From NCBI GenBank assembly GCA_021806135.1, contig JAJZYB010000007.1, forward strand, positions 217 to 64,216: a stretch of DNA of 64,000 bases. Direction: 5' to 3'. Under the pieces are notes generated by a model. That model was not told where the DNA came from, searched no databases, and worked only from the letters and a program-made list of their open reading frames with translations. This DNA comes from Thermoplasmata archaeon. Lineage in GTDB: Archaea > Thermoplasmatota > Thermoplasmata > Lutacidiplasmatales > UBA184. Below are positions 50,150 to 59,778 of the stretch, piece after piece. The position numbers and the translations under genes are program-made. The first letter of the stretch is position 1. Each line of letters opens with the position of its first letter.

Positions 50150-51295
50150 TCAGGGACCCCCGCCGGCGGAGAGGAGGTCCGCCGTCCCCTTGTGGGCCAC
50201 CGTGCCGTCCCGGGTCACCAGGCTGGCCGCGAGGATCTCGTCGGTGTATCCGGCGACCCGTTGCCCCTCCTTGGTGACGAGGAGTTCCAGGAAGGCCTGG
50301 AGGTTCTTCGAGAACATGAAGCTCGCATGGTAGGGGAGCTGGCTCGGCAGGTTCAGCGGACCGGCGATGGTCACCCCGTTGACCACCACGGTCTCCCCCG
50401 GCCGGGTGAGCTCGCAGTTGCCCCCGGTCTCGGCCGCGAGGTCCACGAGGACGGAGCCCGGCCGCATGCGCTCCACCATCTCCTTTCGGACCAGGACAGG
50501 GGCCTTCCGCCCCGGGATCGCCGCCGTGGTGACGATGACGTCGGCCTCGGCGACGGCCTTCGACACCATCTCGGCCTCCTTCTGCTTCTCCTCGGCGGTG
50601 AGCTCCCGGGCGTACCCGCCGGTCCCTTCGGCGTTGATGGCGAGCTCCAGGAACTTGGCCCCCAGGCTGCGGACCTGCTCGCCGGCGGCCCGGCGCACAT
50701 CGTAGCCTTCCACCACCGCCCCCATGCGGTGGGCCGTGGCGATGGCCATCAGCCCGGCGACCCCGGCGCCGAGGATGAGGACCTTGGCGGGCCGGATGGT
50801 CCCCGCCGCCGTGGTCAGCATGGGGAGGAACTTGGGGGTGAGCTCAGCTCCGATGAGCATGGCCCGGTACCCGGCCACCGTGGCCTGCGAGCTCAGCACA
50901 TCCATGCCCTGGGCCCGGGTGATCCGCGGCAGCAATTCCAGCGCGAAGGAGGTGACCTTCCCGTCCCTGAGCCGGGCCACGATCGGAAGGTTCCGGCTCG
51001 CGTTCAACTGGCAGACCAGGACCGACCCGGGAGGGAGGAACCCCGCCTCCTCTTCCGTCGGGGGCTGCACCTTCAGGAGGATCTCCGCCGAGGCGAAGAG
51101 GGCCTTGCGGTCGTCCTCCATCCGGGCCCCCGCGGCGGCGTACGCGGGGTCGGGGTACCCCGCCGAGAGGCCGGCGCCCGCCTCCACCGTCACGGAGTGC
51201 CCCGCCTTGGCCAACCGCTGGACCACCTCGGGGACCAAGGCCACCCGCCGCTCGAGTGGGGTCACCTCCCGGGGAACGGCGATCCTCACCGACAT
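50150..51295 (-). CDS. pntA: NAD(P) transhydrogenase subunit alpha part 1 (NAD(H)-binding)
   Basis: Alanine dehydrogenase/PNT fold with GAGVAGLMAIATAHRMGAVV Rossmann motif. Confidence 0.9.
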   Translation of the reverse strand: MSVRIAVPREVTPLERRVALVPEVVQRLAKAGHSVTVEAGAGLSAGYPDPAYAAAGARMEDDRKALFASAEILLKVQPPTEEEAGFLPPGSVLVCQLNASRNLPIVARLRDGKVTSFALELLPRITRAQGMDVLSSQATVAGYRAMLIGAELTPKFLPMLTTAAGTIRPAKVLILGAGVAGLMAIATAHRMGAVVEGYDVRRAAGEQVRSLGAKFLELAINAEGTGGYARELTAEEKQKEAEMVSKAVAEADVIVTTAAIPGRKAPVLVRKEMVERMRPGSVLVDLAAETGGNCELTRPGETVVVNGVTIAGPLNLPSQLPYHASFMFSKNLQAFLELLVTKEGQRVAGYTDEILAASLVTRDGTVAHKGTADLLSAGGGP

Positions 51296-51468
51296 GATCG
51301 GCCGTTCGGGACGCGTGAGGGATTATAGGCTTACGGTCTTCCGGACTTGAGTCGACGCCCGTCACGCTCTTCCGGGGGGGATCCGGGAGCTACCGGCACG
51401 GGAGTGCTCTTCTGGTCAACGCACGGAGCGGCCGAAGGCCCGGGACGCCCTCGACCCCGGCCGGCAGG

Positions 51469-51615
51469 CTACGGGAAAGGGAAGGGTCCGGCGGGCGGCA
51501 GGGCGAACGTCGCCAGGGAGACGGCGATCGCGATGGCCATCAGAGCGAACAGGAAGACCCAGGGGGCCAGCTCGCTCGCTCGGTGGTGTACAGGTGCCGG
51601 CATCGTTTGCTGCAT
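51469..51615 (-). CDS. possible 48-aa single-TM peptide upstream of pntA
   Basis: MQQTMPAPVHHRASELAPWVFLFALMAIAIAVSLATFALPP. Speculative small ORF. Confidence 0.2.
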   Translation of the reverse strand: MQQTMPAPVHHRASELAPWVFLFALMAIAIAVSLATFALPPAGPFPFP

Positions 51616-51689
51616 GGGAACTCCCCCTTCATCTCCTTTGCGCCCCGCGCACCGGGACGCCCGAGGGTCGCGGCGCGCGACTCTCGGGC

Positions 51690-52805
51690 CTACGGGGGAG
51701 TCGGCACCGGTCGGGGAGCCGGACCCACATAATGCACCTCCGGCCTCACCAGCCGGTTGTGCTGGGCCTGCTCCTTCAGATGGGACACCCATCCGGCGGT
51801 CCTGGCCAGGGCGAAGGTGGGGGGGAAGAGGGGACGGGGGATCCCCGCCGCCTCCAGGACCAGGGCCGCGTAGAACTCCACGTTGAGGCCCCAGGGACGC
51901 TCGGGATGGTGGCGCGAGAGGGCGGCGAGCCCGGCCCGCTCCACGGCCTCCGCCACCGCCATCCGCTCCGGGGGCGCCACCGCCCGGGCCAGCTCCCGGA
52001 GCCGGCGGGCCCGGGGATCCTCCCCCCGGTAGGCGCGATGCCCGAAGCCCATGAGCCGCTCCCCCCGGGTGAAGGTCGCTTCCACCTCCTCCCCGGCCCG
52101 GTCGGCGGTGCCCACCCGGTCCAGGAAGTCCGCCACCAAGGAGGGAGCACCCCCGTGGAGCGGCCCCTTCAACGAGCCCACCGCGGCGCTCACGGCGGAC
52201 GCCGCGTCCGACCAGGTGGAGAGCACCGACCGGGCCACGAACGTGCTCGCGTTCATCCCGTGGTCGGCCACCAGGACGAAGTAGGCCTCCAACGCCTGCA
52301 GCCGCTTCGGATCCGGTGCGAGGCCGGTCAGCCGCCAGAGGTAGGCGGCCGCCTGTCCCAGACCCTCTGGCTCCGCCAAAGGGGCCTCATGGTTCCGGTA
52401 CCGCCACAGGTTGGGAAGGAAGACCGGCGGGAAGGCCACGAGGAGCTCGAACATCTCCTCGGTGGGGGGGAAGCCATCCCAACCGCGTCCGAGGAGGGAG
52501 AACCCGCTGCGGAGCGCTTCCATGGGGGTGGCCTCGGGTGGGATCGCCCGGATCACCGGGGCCAGGTCGCCCAGGGAGCGGCGACGGGCGGCCAGGGTCT
52601 CCCGGAGCCGTCGGGCCTCGTCGGGGGTGGGCAATTCCCCCCGGAGGAGGAGGTGCACCGTCTCCTCCCAACCGACGGACCCGGAAAGCTCGGGGACGGA
52701 GTATCCCCGGTAATAGAGCTTCCCCTCGCCCCCTCGGACGTCGGTGATGGAACTGTCCCCCACCACCACCCCTTCGAGCCCGCCTACGCGGCGGTCCCCG
52801 GGCAT
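51690..52805 (-). CDS. citrate synthase (or 2-methylcitrate synthase)
   Basis: GFGHRAY catalytic motif; overall citrate synthase fold, about 370 aa. Confidence 0.9.
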   Translation of the reverse strand: MPGDRRVGGLEGVVVGDSSITDVRGGEGKLYYRGYSVPELSGSVGWEETVHLLLRGELPTPDEARRLRETLAARRRSLGDLAPVIRAIPPEATPMEALRSGFSLLGRGWDGFPPTEEMFELLVAFPPVFLPNLWRYRNHEAPLAEPEGLGQAAAYLWRLTGLAPDPKRLQALEAYFVLVADHGMNASTFVARSVLSTWSDAASAVSAAVGSLKGPLHGGAPSLVADFLDRVGTADRAGEEVEATFTRGERLMGFGHRAYRGEDPRARRLRELARAVAPPERMAVAEAVERAGLAALSRHHPERPWGLNVEFYAALVLEAAGIPRPLFPPTFALARTAGWVSHLKEQAQHNRLVRPEVHYVGPAPRPVPTPP

Positions 52806-52814
52806 GGCCGGACC

Positions 52815-53762
52815 TCAGTGGGGGGGGAGCGCGGACAGGAGCCGCAGGTCCTCGGAGACCGCCCGGGCGCTCAGGTCCAGGGCGGCGCGTTCCTCCGGCG
52901 TGAGGGTGACCTCGTGGATCTTCTCCACCCCGGCGCGGCCCACCGTCACCGGGACCGAGAGGAAGAGGTCCCGGTAACCGTACTCTCCCTCCAAGAGCAC
53001 CGAGCAGGAGAGCAGGCGGTGCTCGTTCCGGGCCACGGCAGAGACCATCTCCGCCTGGGCGGCGGCCGGAGCATAGTATGCGCTGCCGGTCTTGAGGAGG
53101 TCTACGATCTCCCCCCCGCCCTTCTTGGTCCGTTCCACGATCGCCGCGAGCTTCTCCGGGGAAAGGAGCCGGCTGACCGGGACCCCGTTCACCGAGCAAT
53201 GCGAGAGGATGGGGACCATGGTGTCCCCGTGGGTGCCCAGGGTGAACCCCACCACGTCGCGGGGGGCCAGTCCCAAGGCGTCGGCGACGAACCAGCGGAA
53301 CCGGGCCGAGTCCAGCGTCCCGCTCTCCGCCAGCACCCGGGCCCGGGGGAACCCGGTGACCTTCCGGACCCAGTAGGCCATCACGTCCACCGGGTTGGTC
53401 ACCACCACCACCACCGCATGCGGGGCGTGGTCCCGGATGGCCTCCGCGTGCCCCTGGACGATCTGGGCATTCTTCCCCAGGAGGTCGGAGCGGCTCATTC
53501 CCGGCTTACGGGCGAGCCCGGCCGTGAGGACCACGAGGTCGCTCCCGGCCACGTCCTTGAGATCCGTGGAGCCCCGGACCCGGGTGGAGAACCCCACCAC
53601 CGGGGCAGATTCCTGGATGTCGAGGGCCTTCCCCTGGGGGAGGCCTTCCACGATGTCCAGCAGCATCAGCTCTTCGGCGAGGTCCTCTTCCGCCAGGCGC
53701 TGGGCGAGCGTTCCGCCGATGTTCCCGGCCCCCACCACGGAGACCTTTCCCAACCCCGCCAT
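52815..53762 (-). CDS. mdh: malate dehydrogenase (LDH-like)
   Basis: GAGNIGGTLA Rossmann motif, substrate-binding Arg and catalytic His (HGDTMVP) pattern of the LDH/MDH family. Confidence 0.9.
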   Translation of the reverse strand: MAGLGKVSVVGAGNIGGTLAQRLAEEDLAEELMLLDIVEGLPQGKALDIQESAPVVGFSTRVRGSTDLKDVAGSDLVVLTAGLARKPGMSRSDLLGKNAQIVQGHAEAIRDHAPHAVVVVVTNPVDVMAYWVRKVTGFPRARVLAESGTLDSARFRWFVADALGLAPRDVVGFTLGTHGDTMVPILSHCSVNGVPVSRLLSPEKLAAIVERTKKGGGEIVDLLKTGSAYYAPAAAQAEMVSAVARNEHRLLSCSVLLEGEYGYRDLFLSVPVTVGRAGVEKIHEVTLTPEERAALDLSARAVSEDLRLLSALPPH

Positions 53763-53855
53763 CTGGATCCTTTCCCCCGGAAGACCGGTGCAGCGGGGGA
53801 GGCTGCCGGCCCTTTAAGCTCCCCCCTGTGACCGGCCCGCCCGCCGCCTCCAGAG

Positions 53856-54143
53856 GTGAACTTATTACACCCTGCGGAAGTCTCCCTCCTCGTGGACGTC
53901 GATGCCATCGTCGCCGGCCTGGCCGAGCGGGACCGCTGGAAGGCTCGGTTGGCGGCGCTCGAGCGCGACTTAAGGACGCTCAAGGGCCGCCGGGCCCGGC
54001 TGGAAGGGCAGCTTTCCCGCCTCCTCCGGGAGCTCCGGCGGCTGGAGACCATCTCCGGGGAGGTCCTCACGGCCAGAGGGATGCCCGGGGGAGGAGGGAC
54101 CGGGAGCCATGAAGGTACGAGTACCTTCCGGCCTATCCGATAA
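53856..54143 (+). CDS. small coiled-coil protein (possible 5' half of a frameshifted gene)
   Basis: Heptad-like ARLAALERDLRTLKGRRARLEGQLSRLLRELRRLE. Confidence 0.3.
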   Translation: MNLLHPAEVSLLVDVDAIVAGLAERDRWKARLAALERDLRTLKGRRARLEGQLSRLLRELRRLETISGEVLTARGMPGGGGTGSHEGTSTFRPIR

Positions 54144-54336
54144 GCTCCAGGACCTCCGGGAGGGGGTCCTCGGCCTCCGGGAGGAGGTCCGGCGGCTGCG
54201 TCGGCAGGAGCGTTACCTTCTGGACCAGATGACCCGGGCCCGGCGTCAGCTCGCCTACTATGAGACGCTCCTCAGGGACCTGAGGATCCGCAATGCTTCG
54301 CCGGATCGGCTCATGGAACTCCTCCAACGGGGGTAG
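54109..54336 (+). CDS. small coiled-coil protein (possible 3' half of a frameshifted gene)
   Basis: LQDLREGVLGLREEVRRLRRQERYLLDQMTRARRQLAYYETLLRDLR. Overlaps the previous ORF by 35 nt in a different frame. Confidence 0.3.
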   Translation: MKVRVPSGLSDKLQDLREGVLGLREEVRRLRRQERYLLDQMTRARRQLAYYETLLRDLRIRNASPDRLMELLQRG

Positions 54337-54400
54337 GTCCCGACGGGAGAAAGGGGAAATGCCCGGGCAGCCTGCCCGGGCATCATGAGGGGGAGCTAGG

Positions 54401-55333
54401 ATGCGTCTGGTGGTCTTCGGGGCCGGGGGGGTCGGGAGCCTCTTCGGCGCGTTCCTCGCCCGGGCCGGGCACGACGTCCTCTTGGTGGGCCGCAAGGAAC
54501 ACGTCCAGTCCATCGAACGGGATGGCCTCCGGGTGGAGGGGGTCACCAACATGGCCGTCCGCCCCCGGGTGGCCACGGCGCTGCGGGCCGGAGAGCGCGC
54601 GACCATGGTGATCCTGACGGTGAAGACCTACGATACGGAGGAGGCCTGCCGGACCATTGCCCGGGCCATGTCCTCGCGTCCCATCCTCTCCCTCCAGAAC
54701 GGGTTGGGGAACCTGGAGGCCATGGAACGGGGCCTCTCCGCCGGAGGGTGGACGACCCCCCGGCTCAACATCGCCCTGGGGGTCCTGAGCTGGGGGGTCA
54801 CCTACCTGGCGCCGGGGCACATCCTCCACGCCGGCACCGGTTCCCTGGTCCTGGGGGACCTCTCCGGGGGTCGGGCCGCCAAGCGCTTCGCTTCCCTCTT
54901 CGAGGGGGTGGGCATCCCCACCCAGTACACCGACGACGTGATCCGGGCCATCTGGCGCAAGGTGATCATCAACGCCGCGGCCAACCCGGTCACCGCGGAC
55001 CACAAGGTGCTCAACGGGGAGCTCCTCACGGACCCGCTCCGGGGCCAGGCCATCTCGCTCATGCGCGAGGCACTGGAGGTGGCCGCGGCGGAGGGGTATC
55101 CCTTCGCCGAGCACGAGGTGGAGGACGAGCTCTTCCGGGTGCTCCGGCAGACCGCGCACAACCGTTCCTCCATGCTCCAGGACGCCCTCCGGAGCAAGCC
55201 CATGGAACTGGAGGCGATCAGCGGCGCCCTGCTCGAGCGCGGCCAGCGGCACGGGCTGCGTCTCCCCCACACGGAGCGGATCTACAAGCGTCTCCTGGCC
55301 AAGCAGCCGGCCCGGGCGTCAGCGAAAGGCTGA
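54401..55333 (+). CDS. panE: 2-dehydropantoate 2-reductase
   Basis: MRLVVFGAGGVGSLFGAFLARAGHDV Rossmann N-terminus and the ApbA C-terminal domain. Confidence 0.85.
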   Translation: MRLVVFGAGGVGSLFGAFLARAGHDVLLVGRKEHVQSIERDGLRVEGVTNMAVRPRVATALRAGERATMVILTVKTYDTEEACRTIARAMSSRPILSLQNGLGNLEAMERGLSAGGWTTPRLNIALGVLSWGVTYLAPGHILHAGTGSLVLGDLSGGRAAKRFASLFEGVGIPTQYTDDVIRAIWRKVIINAAANPVTADHKVLNGELLTDPLRGQAISLMREALEVAAAEGYPFAEHEVEDELFRVLRQTAHNRSSMLQDALRSKPMELEAISGALLERGQRHGLRLPHTERIYKRLLAKQPARASAKG

Positions 55334-55357
55334 AGGCCCGTTCCCCATCGGGCCCTC

Positions 55358-56515
55358 ATGCGCAAGCGCTCCCTCCGGGAGGTGGAGGTCGGTGGGCGGA
55401 CCGTCCTTCTCCGGGTGGACCACAACGTTCCCCTGGATGAGCAGGGCCGCGTCGCCGACGACCGGCGGATAGTGGAATCCCTCCCCACGATCCAGTACCT
55501 GAAGGAGCGAGAGGCCCGGGTGGTCCTCTTGAGCCACCTGGGGCGGCCGGGGGGCCGCCCTTCCCCCGAGTTCAGCCTTGCCCCGGTGGCGGAGCGCATG
55601 TCCCAGCTGCTCGGGGAGGCCGTCCCCCTCGCCCCGGACGCGGTGGGCCCCGGGGCCATGGACGCGGTCCGGGCCCTCGCCCCGGGGGGCGTCCTCTACC
55701 TGGAGAACCTCCGCTTCCACCCGGGAGAGGAGGCCAACGATCCGGCGTTCGTCTCCGAGCTCGCCCGTCTGGGGGAGCTGTTCGTGGAGGAGGCCTTCGG
55801 CGCCCTGCACCGGGCCCACGCCAGCACCGTGGGGCTCCCCCGCCGGCTCCCGTCCTGCGTGGGGTTCTTGGTGGAGCGGGAGGTGCTCGAGCTGGGGCGC
55901 CTGCTCGAAGACCCTCCCCGCCCTTTCGTGGCCGTGCTCGGGGGAGCGAAGGTGAAGGACAAGCTCCCCCTGGTCCGGCACCTGAGGACCAAGGCCGACG
56001 AGATCCTGTTGGGCGGGGCCCTTGCCCTGCCGCTCCTCCGCTCAGCGGCCCCCGGGGAACCGGAACGCGATCCGGGGATCGAGGAACTGCTTCACCAGCG
56101 CCCCGGGGAGGCCGCCGTGCTCCTGCCCGTGGACTTCCTGGTGGAAGGACCGGGAACGACTGGCGTCCTGACGGTACCGGCGCACCCGCTTCCCCGGGAG
56201 GCCCAGCCCCTCGATGTGGGCCCGGAGACCCGGCGCCTCTTCGCCTCCCGTTTGGGGATGGCGGGGACGGTCTTCTTCAACGGGCCCCTGGGAAAGGTGG
56301 AGGATCCGCGCTTCGCGGGGGGAACCCGGGAGGTCCTCTCGGTCCTGCGCTCGTTGTCCGGACCCCGGGTGGCGGCGGGAGGGGACTCCTCCCGGGCGTT
56401 GCAGGACCTGGGGCTCGAACCCTGTTTCAGCTACGTTTCCACCGGAGGTGGGGCCGCGCTGGAACTCCTGGAAGGCCGCGAACTCCCCGGCCTCACGGTG
56501 CTGCCGGACGCGTAG
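55358..56515 (+). CDS. pgk: phosphoglycerate kinase
   Basis: RVDHNVP, SHLGRP and GGGA motifs; about 385 aa. Confidence 0.95.
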   Translation: MRKRSLREVEVGGRTVLLRVDHNVPLDEQGRVADDRRIVESLPTIQYLKEREARVVLLSHLGRPGGRPSPEFSLAPVAERMSQLLGEAVPLAPDAVGPGAMDAVRALAPGGVLYLENLRFHPGEEANDPAFVSELARLGELFVEEAFGALHRAHASTVGLPRRLPSCVGFLVEREVLELGRLLEDPPRPFVAVLGGAKVKDKLPLVRHLRTKADEILLGGALALPLLRSAAPGEPERDPGIEELLHQRPGEAAVLLPVDFLVEGPGTTGVLTVPAHPLPREAQPLDVGPETRRLFASRLGMAGTVFFNGPLGKVEDPRFAGGTREVLSVLRSLSGPRVAAGGDSSRALQDLGLEPCFSYVSTGGGAALELLEGRELPGLTVLPDA

Positions 56516-56927
56516 CGGGCCGGCGCGGCGGCTTCGAGGGGGGAAGCCCGGCGGCCCGGGCGGCCTCGGTGGGGTCGGAGTCCACGGCCTCCAGCACCCA
56601 GCGCAGGTAAGGCTCGTCGACGCGTGCCGTCTCGGTCTCCACGAGCTCGGGGACCTCGTACGGGTGGAGGCGGCGGATCTCCTCGAAGAGCGCCCCCACC
56701 TTCTTCGGGGAGGTCTTGAAGAGGACCACCACCTCCGGGTTCTGCTCCACCTTCCCCTTCCACCGGTAGATGGAGTAGGCGGGGAACTCGGTGGCACAGG
56801 CGGCGAAGCCTCCTTCCACCACCCTGTGGCTCGTCTCCCGGGCGCTCCGGGAATCCGGGAAGGTGGTCCAGACGAAACGTAGCGGGCTCGGGGGGCGGCC
56901 CTCCCCCAGCCCCGGGGCTCCCGTCAT
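56493..56927 (-). CDS. divalent-cation tolerance protein CutA
   Basis: CutA1 signature ...ACATEFPAYSIYRWKGKVEQNPEVVVLFKT. The true start may lie downstream of the first Met. Confidence 0.7.
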   Translation of the reverse strand: MTGAPGLGEGRPPSPLRFVWTTFPDSRSARETSHRVVEGGFAACATEFPAYSIYRWKGKVEQNPEVVVLFKTSPKKVGALFEEIRRLHPYEVPELVETETARVDEPYLRWVLEAVDSDPTEAARAAGLPPSKPPRRPATRPAAP

Positions 56928-58468
56928 GGGGCCTCCGCTGCTTCGCCGCCCTGGGGAACCGGGTCTCCTCGGCCGAGGAAGTCGATGGTCTGCACCCGGC
57001 CCTGGGCCAGGTCGACCAGGGTCGCCTTGGCGGGGTCGGGCCGGATGTTCCGCATCCGCTGGTACTCCGTCTCCGCGAGCCAGGTCGAGGCGTTGATGAG
57101 CAGAGACCCGCGCCAGCGCTCCACGCCGTAGGTGTGAGTGTGGCCGGTGACGAAGATGTCGGGGAGGGGATCCAGGAGGAGCCCATCGACGGCACGGGGG
57201 GTCAGCGGGGTCTTCCCTCCGTAGGTCGGTCCGAGATGACGCATGGAGAGCATCCGTCGCATGACCGGGAGCGGCTCTTCGTAGCGGGCGTTCGGGATCC
57301 GGGGGATCATCTCGTCGAAGCTCCGCCCGTGGTAGGCCGTCATCACGAGCCCCTCCAAGAGGAACGTGCTCGGGTTGGGGAGGATGTGGACGTTGGAAGG
57401 GAGCGTACGGGAGAGCTCGGGGGGGAGCGCAGGTTGGGGTTCGGCCGGGCAGACCGCGTCATGGTTCCCGGGCACGGCGAGCACGTTCAGGTGCGAGGGG
57501 AGCTCCCGGAGCCGGCGACCGAGCTCGGCGTACTGTTCCACCACATCCGGGATGGCGAGGTCGGCCTCCTGGCCCGGGTAGACCCCGATCCCGTCGACGA
57601 GATCGCCGGCGATGACCACGTGCTCCAGTCCCTCCACGAGGTCGGGCGAAGGGCCACGGCCCCGGAGGAACTCCACCAGGTCCTGCCAGGGCTCGGTGAG
57701 GAACCCCTTCGATCCGATGTGCAGGTCGGAAAGGAAGAGCACCCGGGAAGGGCGGCCGACCCTCTTGGTGGCGCGTCGCACCGGGACGTCCGGCCGGTAG
57801 ATGGCCCGGGCCACGGCGAGGCCCCCCTCCTTGCGGGGGGGCAGGACCCGCAGCCCCAGCACCTCGTCGGGGAGGAAGGTATCCGCCCCCCCGGGAAGGT
57901 CGCGGGGGACGAGCACGTCGGCGGTTCCGCTCTCATCCTCCAGGCTGAGGAGCCGGTGGTGTCCCTTGTTGGTGACCCGGAAGTCGGAGAGCATGGCGAT
58001 GATCGCGGTCTCCCCCTCGGCCCGGCCGAGGTTGGAGAGAGGCCGACGGTCGGCGAGCTCGGGGCGCCCTTTCAGGATGCGTGCCAGCCTCAGGAACCGG
58101 CCCTTGAGGAGGGCTTCCACGCCTTCGAGCGGCCCGGCAATGCCCAGTGGGTCCGGGTCACTCAACAGTTGATAGGGCCGGGGGGCTGCGTCCCGGGTCG
58201 GGGGTGCGCGAGCCGCTCCCATCACTCGGCGGACCATGTCCAGGGTGACGAAAGGGGAGGGTTCGGGCTCGGAGGAGACCAGCGCCTGGGAGAGGTCCCA
58301 GGGTCTGGGGCTCCCCAGGATCATCTCGAGGGCGGGCTCCTCCACCAGCCGGTGGTGAGACTCGAAATAGGCGAGCAGTTCGTCCCGCACGTTCCTCGGG
58401 GAGGCCACCCGCTCCTCTCGTCCCCGGGATGGGGAACGCCAAGGAGGTCCGGGTTCCTCCCGGTCCAT
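56924..58468 (-). CDS. DNA polymerase II (PolD) small subunit DP1
   Basis: Calcineurin-like phosphoesterase motifs (IAGDLVDG, VPGNHD, GHTH) and OB-fold region typical of archaeal DP1. Start taken at the internal Met (CAT 58466-58468). Confidence 0.85.
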   Translation of the reverse strand: MDREEPGPPWRSPSRGREERVASPRNVRDELLAYFESHHRLVEEPALEMILGSPRPWDLSQALVSSEPEPSPFVTLDMVRRVMGAARAPPTRDAAPRPYQLLSDPDPLGIAGPLEGVEALLKGRFLRLARILKGRPELADRRPLSNLGRAEGETAIIAMLSDFRVTNKGHHRLLSLEDESGTADVLVPRDLPGGADTFLPDEVLGLRVLPPRKEGGLAVARAIYRPDVPVRRATKRVGRPSRVLFLSDLHIGSKGFLTEPWQDLVEFLRGRGPSPDLVEGLEHVVIAGDLVDGIGVYPGQEADLAIPDVVEQYAELGRRLRELPSHLNVLAVPGNHDAVCPAEPQPALPPELSRTLPSNVHILPNPSTFLLEGLVMTAYHGRSFDEMIPRIPNARYEEPLPVMRRMLSMRHLGPTYGGKTPLTPRAVDGLLLDPLPDIFVTGHTHTYGVERWRGSLLINASTWLAETEYQRMRNIRPDPAKATLVDLAQGRVQTIDFLGRGDPVPQGGEAAEAP

Positions 58469-58767
58469 CAAGCGATGCCGCTGTATTTCAAGTCCCCGGA
58501 GCCGGGGGGGGCGCTCACCGGTCGTGAGCACCGCACAACGCCTGCTCCGGTGCGTCCGTAGCATCCCCCCCCGTCGGTTCGGTCGATCGGTGAAGGCCAT
58601 GTGGAACCCGACCCATCCGAGGAGCTACGCCCCCGTCAGTGATCTCGCGTTCCGTTCCCTATTCCCGGAGCCCAGTACCCTGGGAACTCGCCCGGGGGGA
58701 CCAGGGGCGTTCCCCCCAATGGGAGAGCCCGCGGGTGGGCCCGACGGGGAGACGGGGTCGGCTCGTG

Positions 58768-59460
58768 TCAGGCCCGGTAGCTCTCCTTCGTCTCGGTGGC
58801 GCCCTTGGGGTAGTGCTGCTTCAGGTGCTCCGTGAGGACGGTGGGGTCCGCCTTGAGGTGGCTGGAGTACCAGGAGACCACGAGGTCCTTCAGGGACTTG
58901 TGGAGGTCCCCCAGGCTCACCTCCTCGAGGGGTTCGTCGTAGAGGACCGCCTGGCGGATCACCCGCATCCACCCGGAGTACTTGTGATAGGTCTCTCCCT
59001 CGCACCACTCGAAGATCATCCGGAGGTGGGAGCGGCCCTTCGCGTCCGGGTAGTACCAGGTCTTGAGCGCGCTGCCGAGCCAGCTGGGAGCGCGGTCCTT
59101 GAGCTCCATCACCTGGACAGCGCCGAAGTCGAACGTCTCCTTGAAGGCCCACTTCAGGGGGAACTCGGTGAAGGTGGCGAAGAGGGTCTGGGAGGGTTCC
59201 AAGGTGAGGTGGACGGAGATGTCCTCGAAGATGTTGTGGACCTCCCAGAGGTCCTGGAGGAGGCGCCGGTTGAGGCTGGCGCGTCGGGAGGGATCCTCCT
59301 CGGCCCGGGCCACGGTCGCCTGTTGGGTGTGGGTCAGTTCCTCCCGGAGGGAAGCGAGGAAGTCGTCCTCGGGAAGGGCCACGGCCGTGCTGGTCTCCTC
59401 GTCCTCGTCCGGTGGGAGGGGAACCGGCTGGTCCTCCTTCTTACCGCGTCCTCTGGGCAT
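58768..59460 (-). CDS. hypothetical protein (acidic N-terminus, Trp/Tyr-rich globular domain)
   Basis: 230-aa ORF with normal codon periodicity and no recognisable motif. Confidence 0.45.
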   Translation of the reverse strand: MPRGRGKKEDQPVPLPPDEDEETSTAVALPEDDFLASLREELTHTQQATVARAEEDPSRRASLNRRLLQDLWEVHNIFEDISVHLTLEPSQTLFATFTEFPLKWAFKETFDFGAVQVMELKDRAPSWLGSALKTWYYPDAKGRSHLRMIFEWCEGETYHKYSGWMRVIRQAVLYDEPLEEVSLGDLHKSLKDLVVSWYSSHLKADPTVLTEHLKQHYPKGATETKESYRA

Positions 59461-59778
59461 GATCTCCTCGGGGCCGCGCTACACCCACCGTCTACAAGAC
59501 CCTTGCCCCGGGCCGGAGGGGGGGATGCGGGAGAAGGAGGCCCCGGTGCGTAGGGGCGGGCACGGGGGCGGATCCGGGCATCGCGGGGGGTAATGCGAGC
59601 GCACGAGCCTTTTAATACCCCGCGTGCGTCAATCCCATCAGGACAGCCAGGTTGAGGGAGGGAGAGATTCCCCTCGTTCCGTTTACGGGAGATGCTTATC
59701 TTATGCTCAAAGCTAAGTTGATGCACCGGCTCCGGAAACGGGCCGAAGAGAGCTAGTCCTCCTCCCGCCCGTCCGTCC

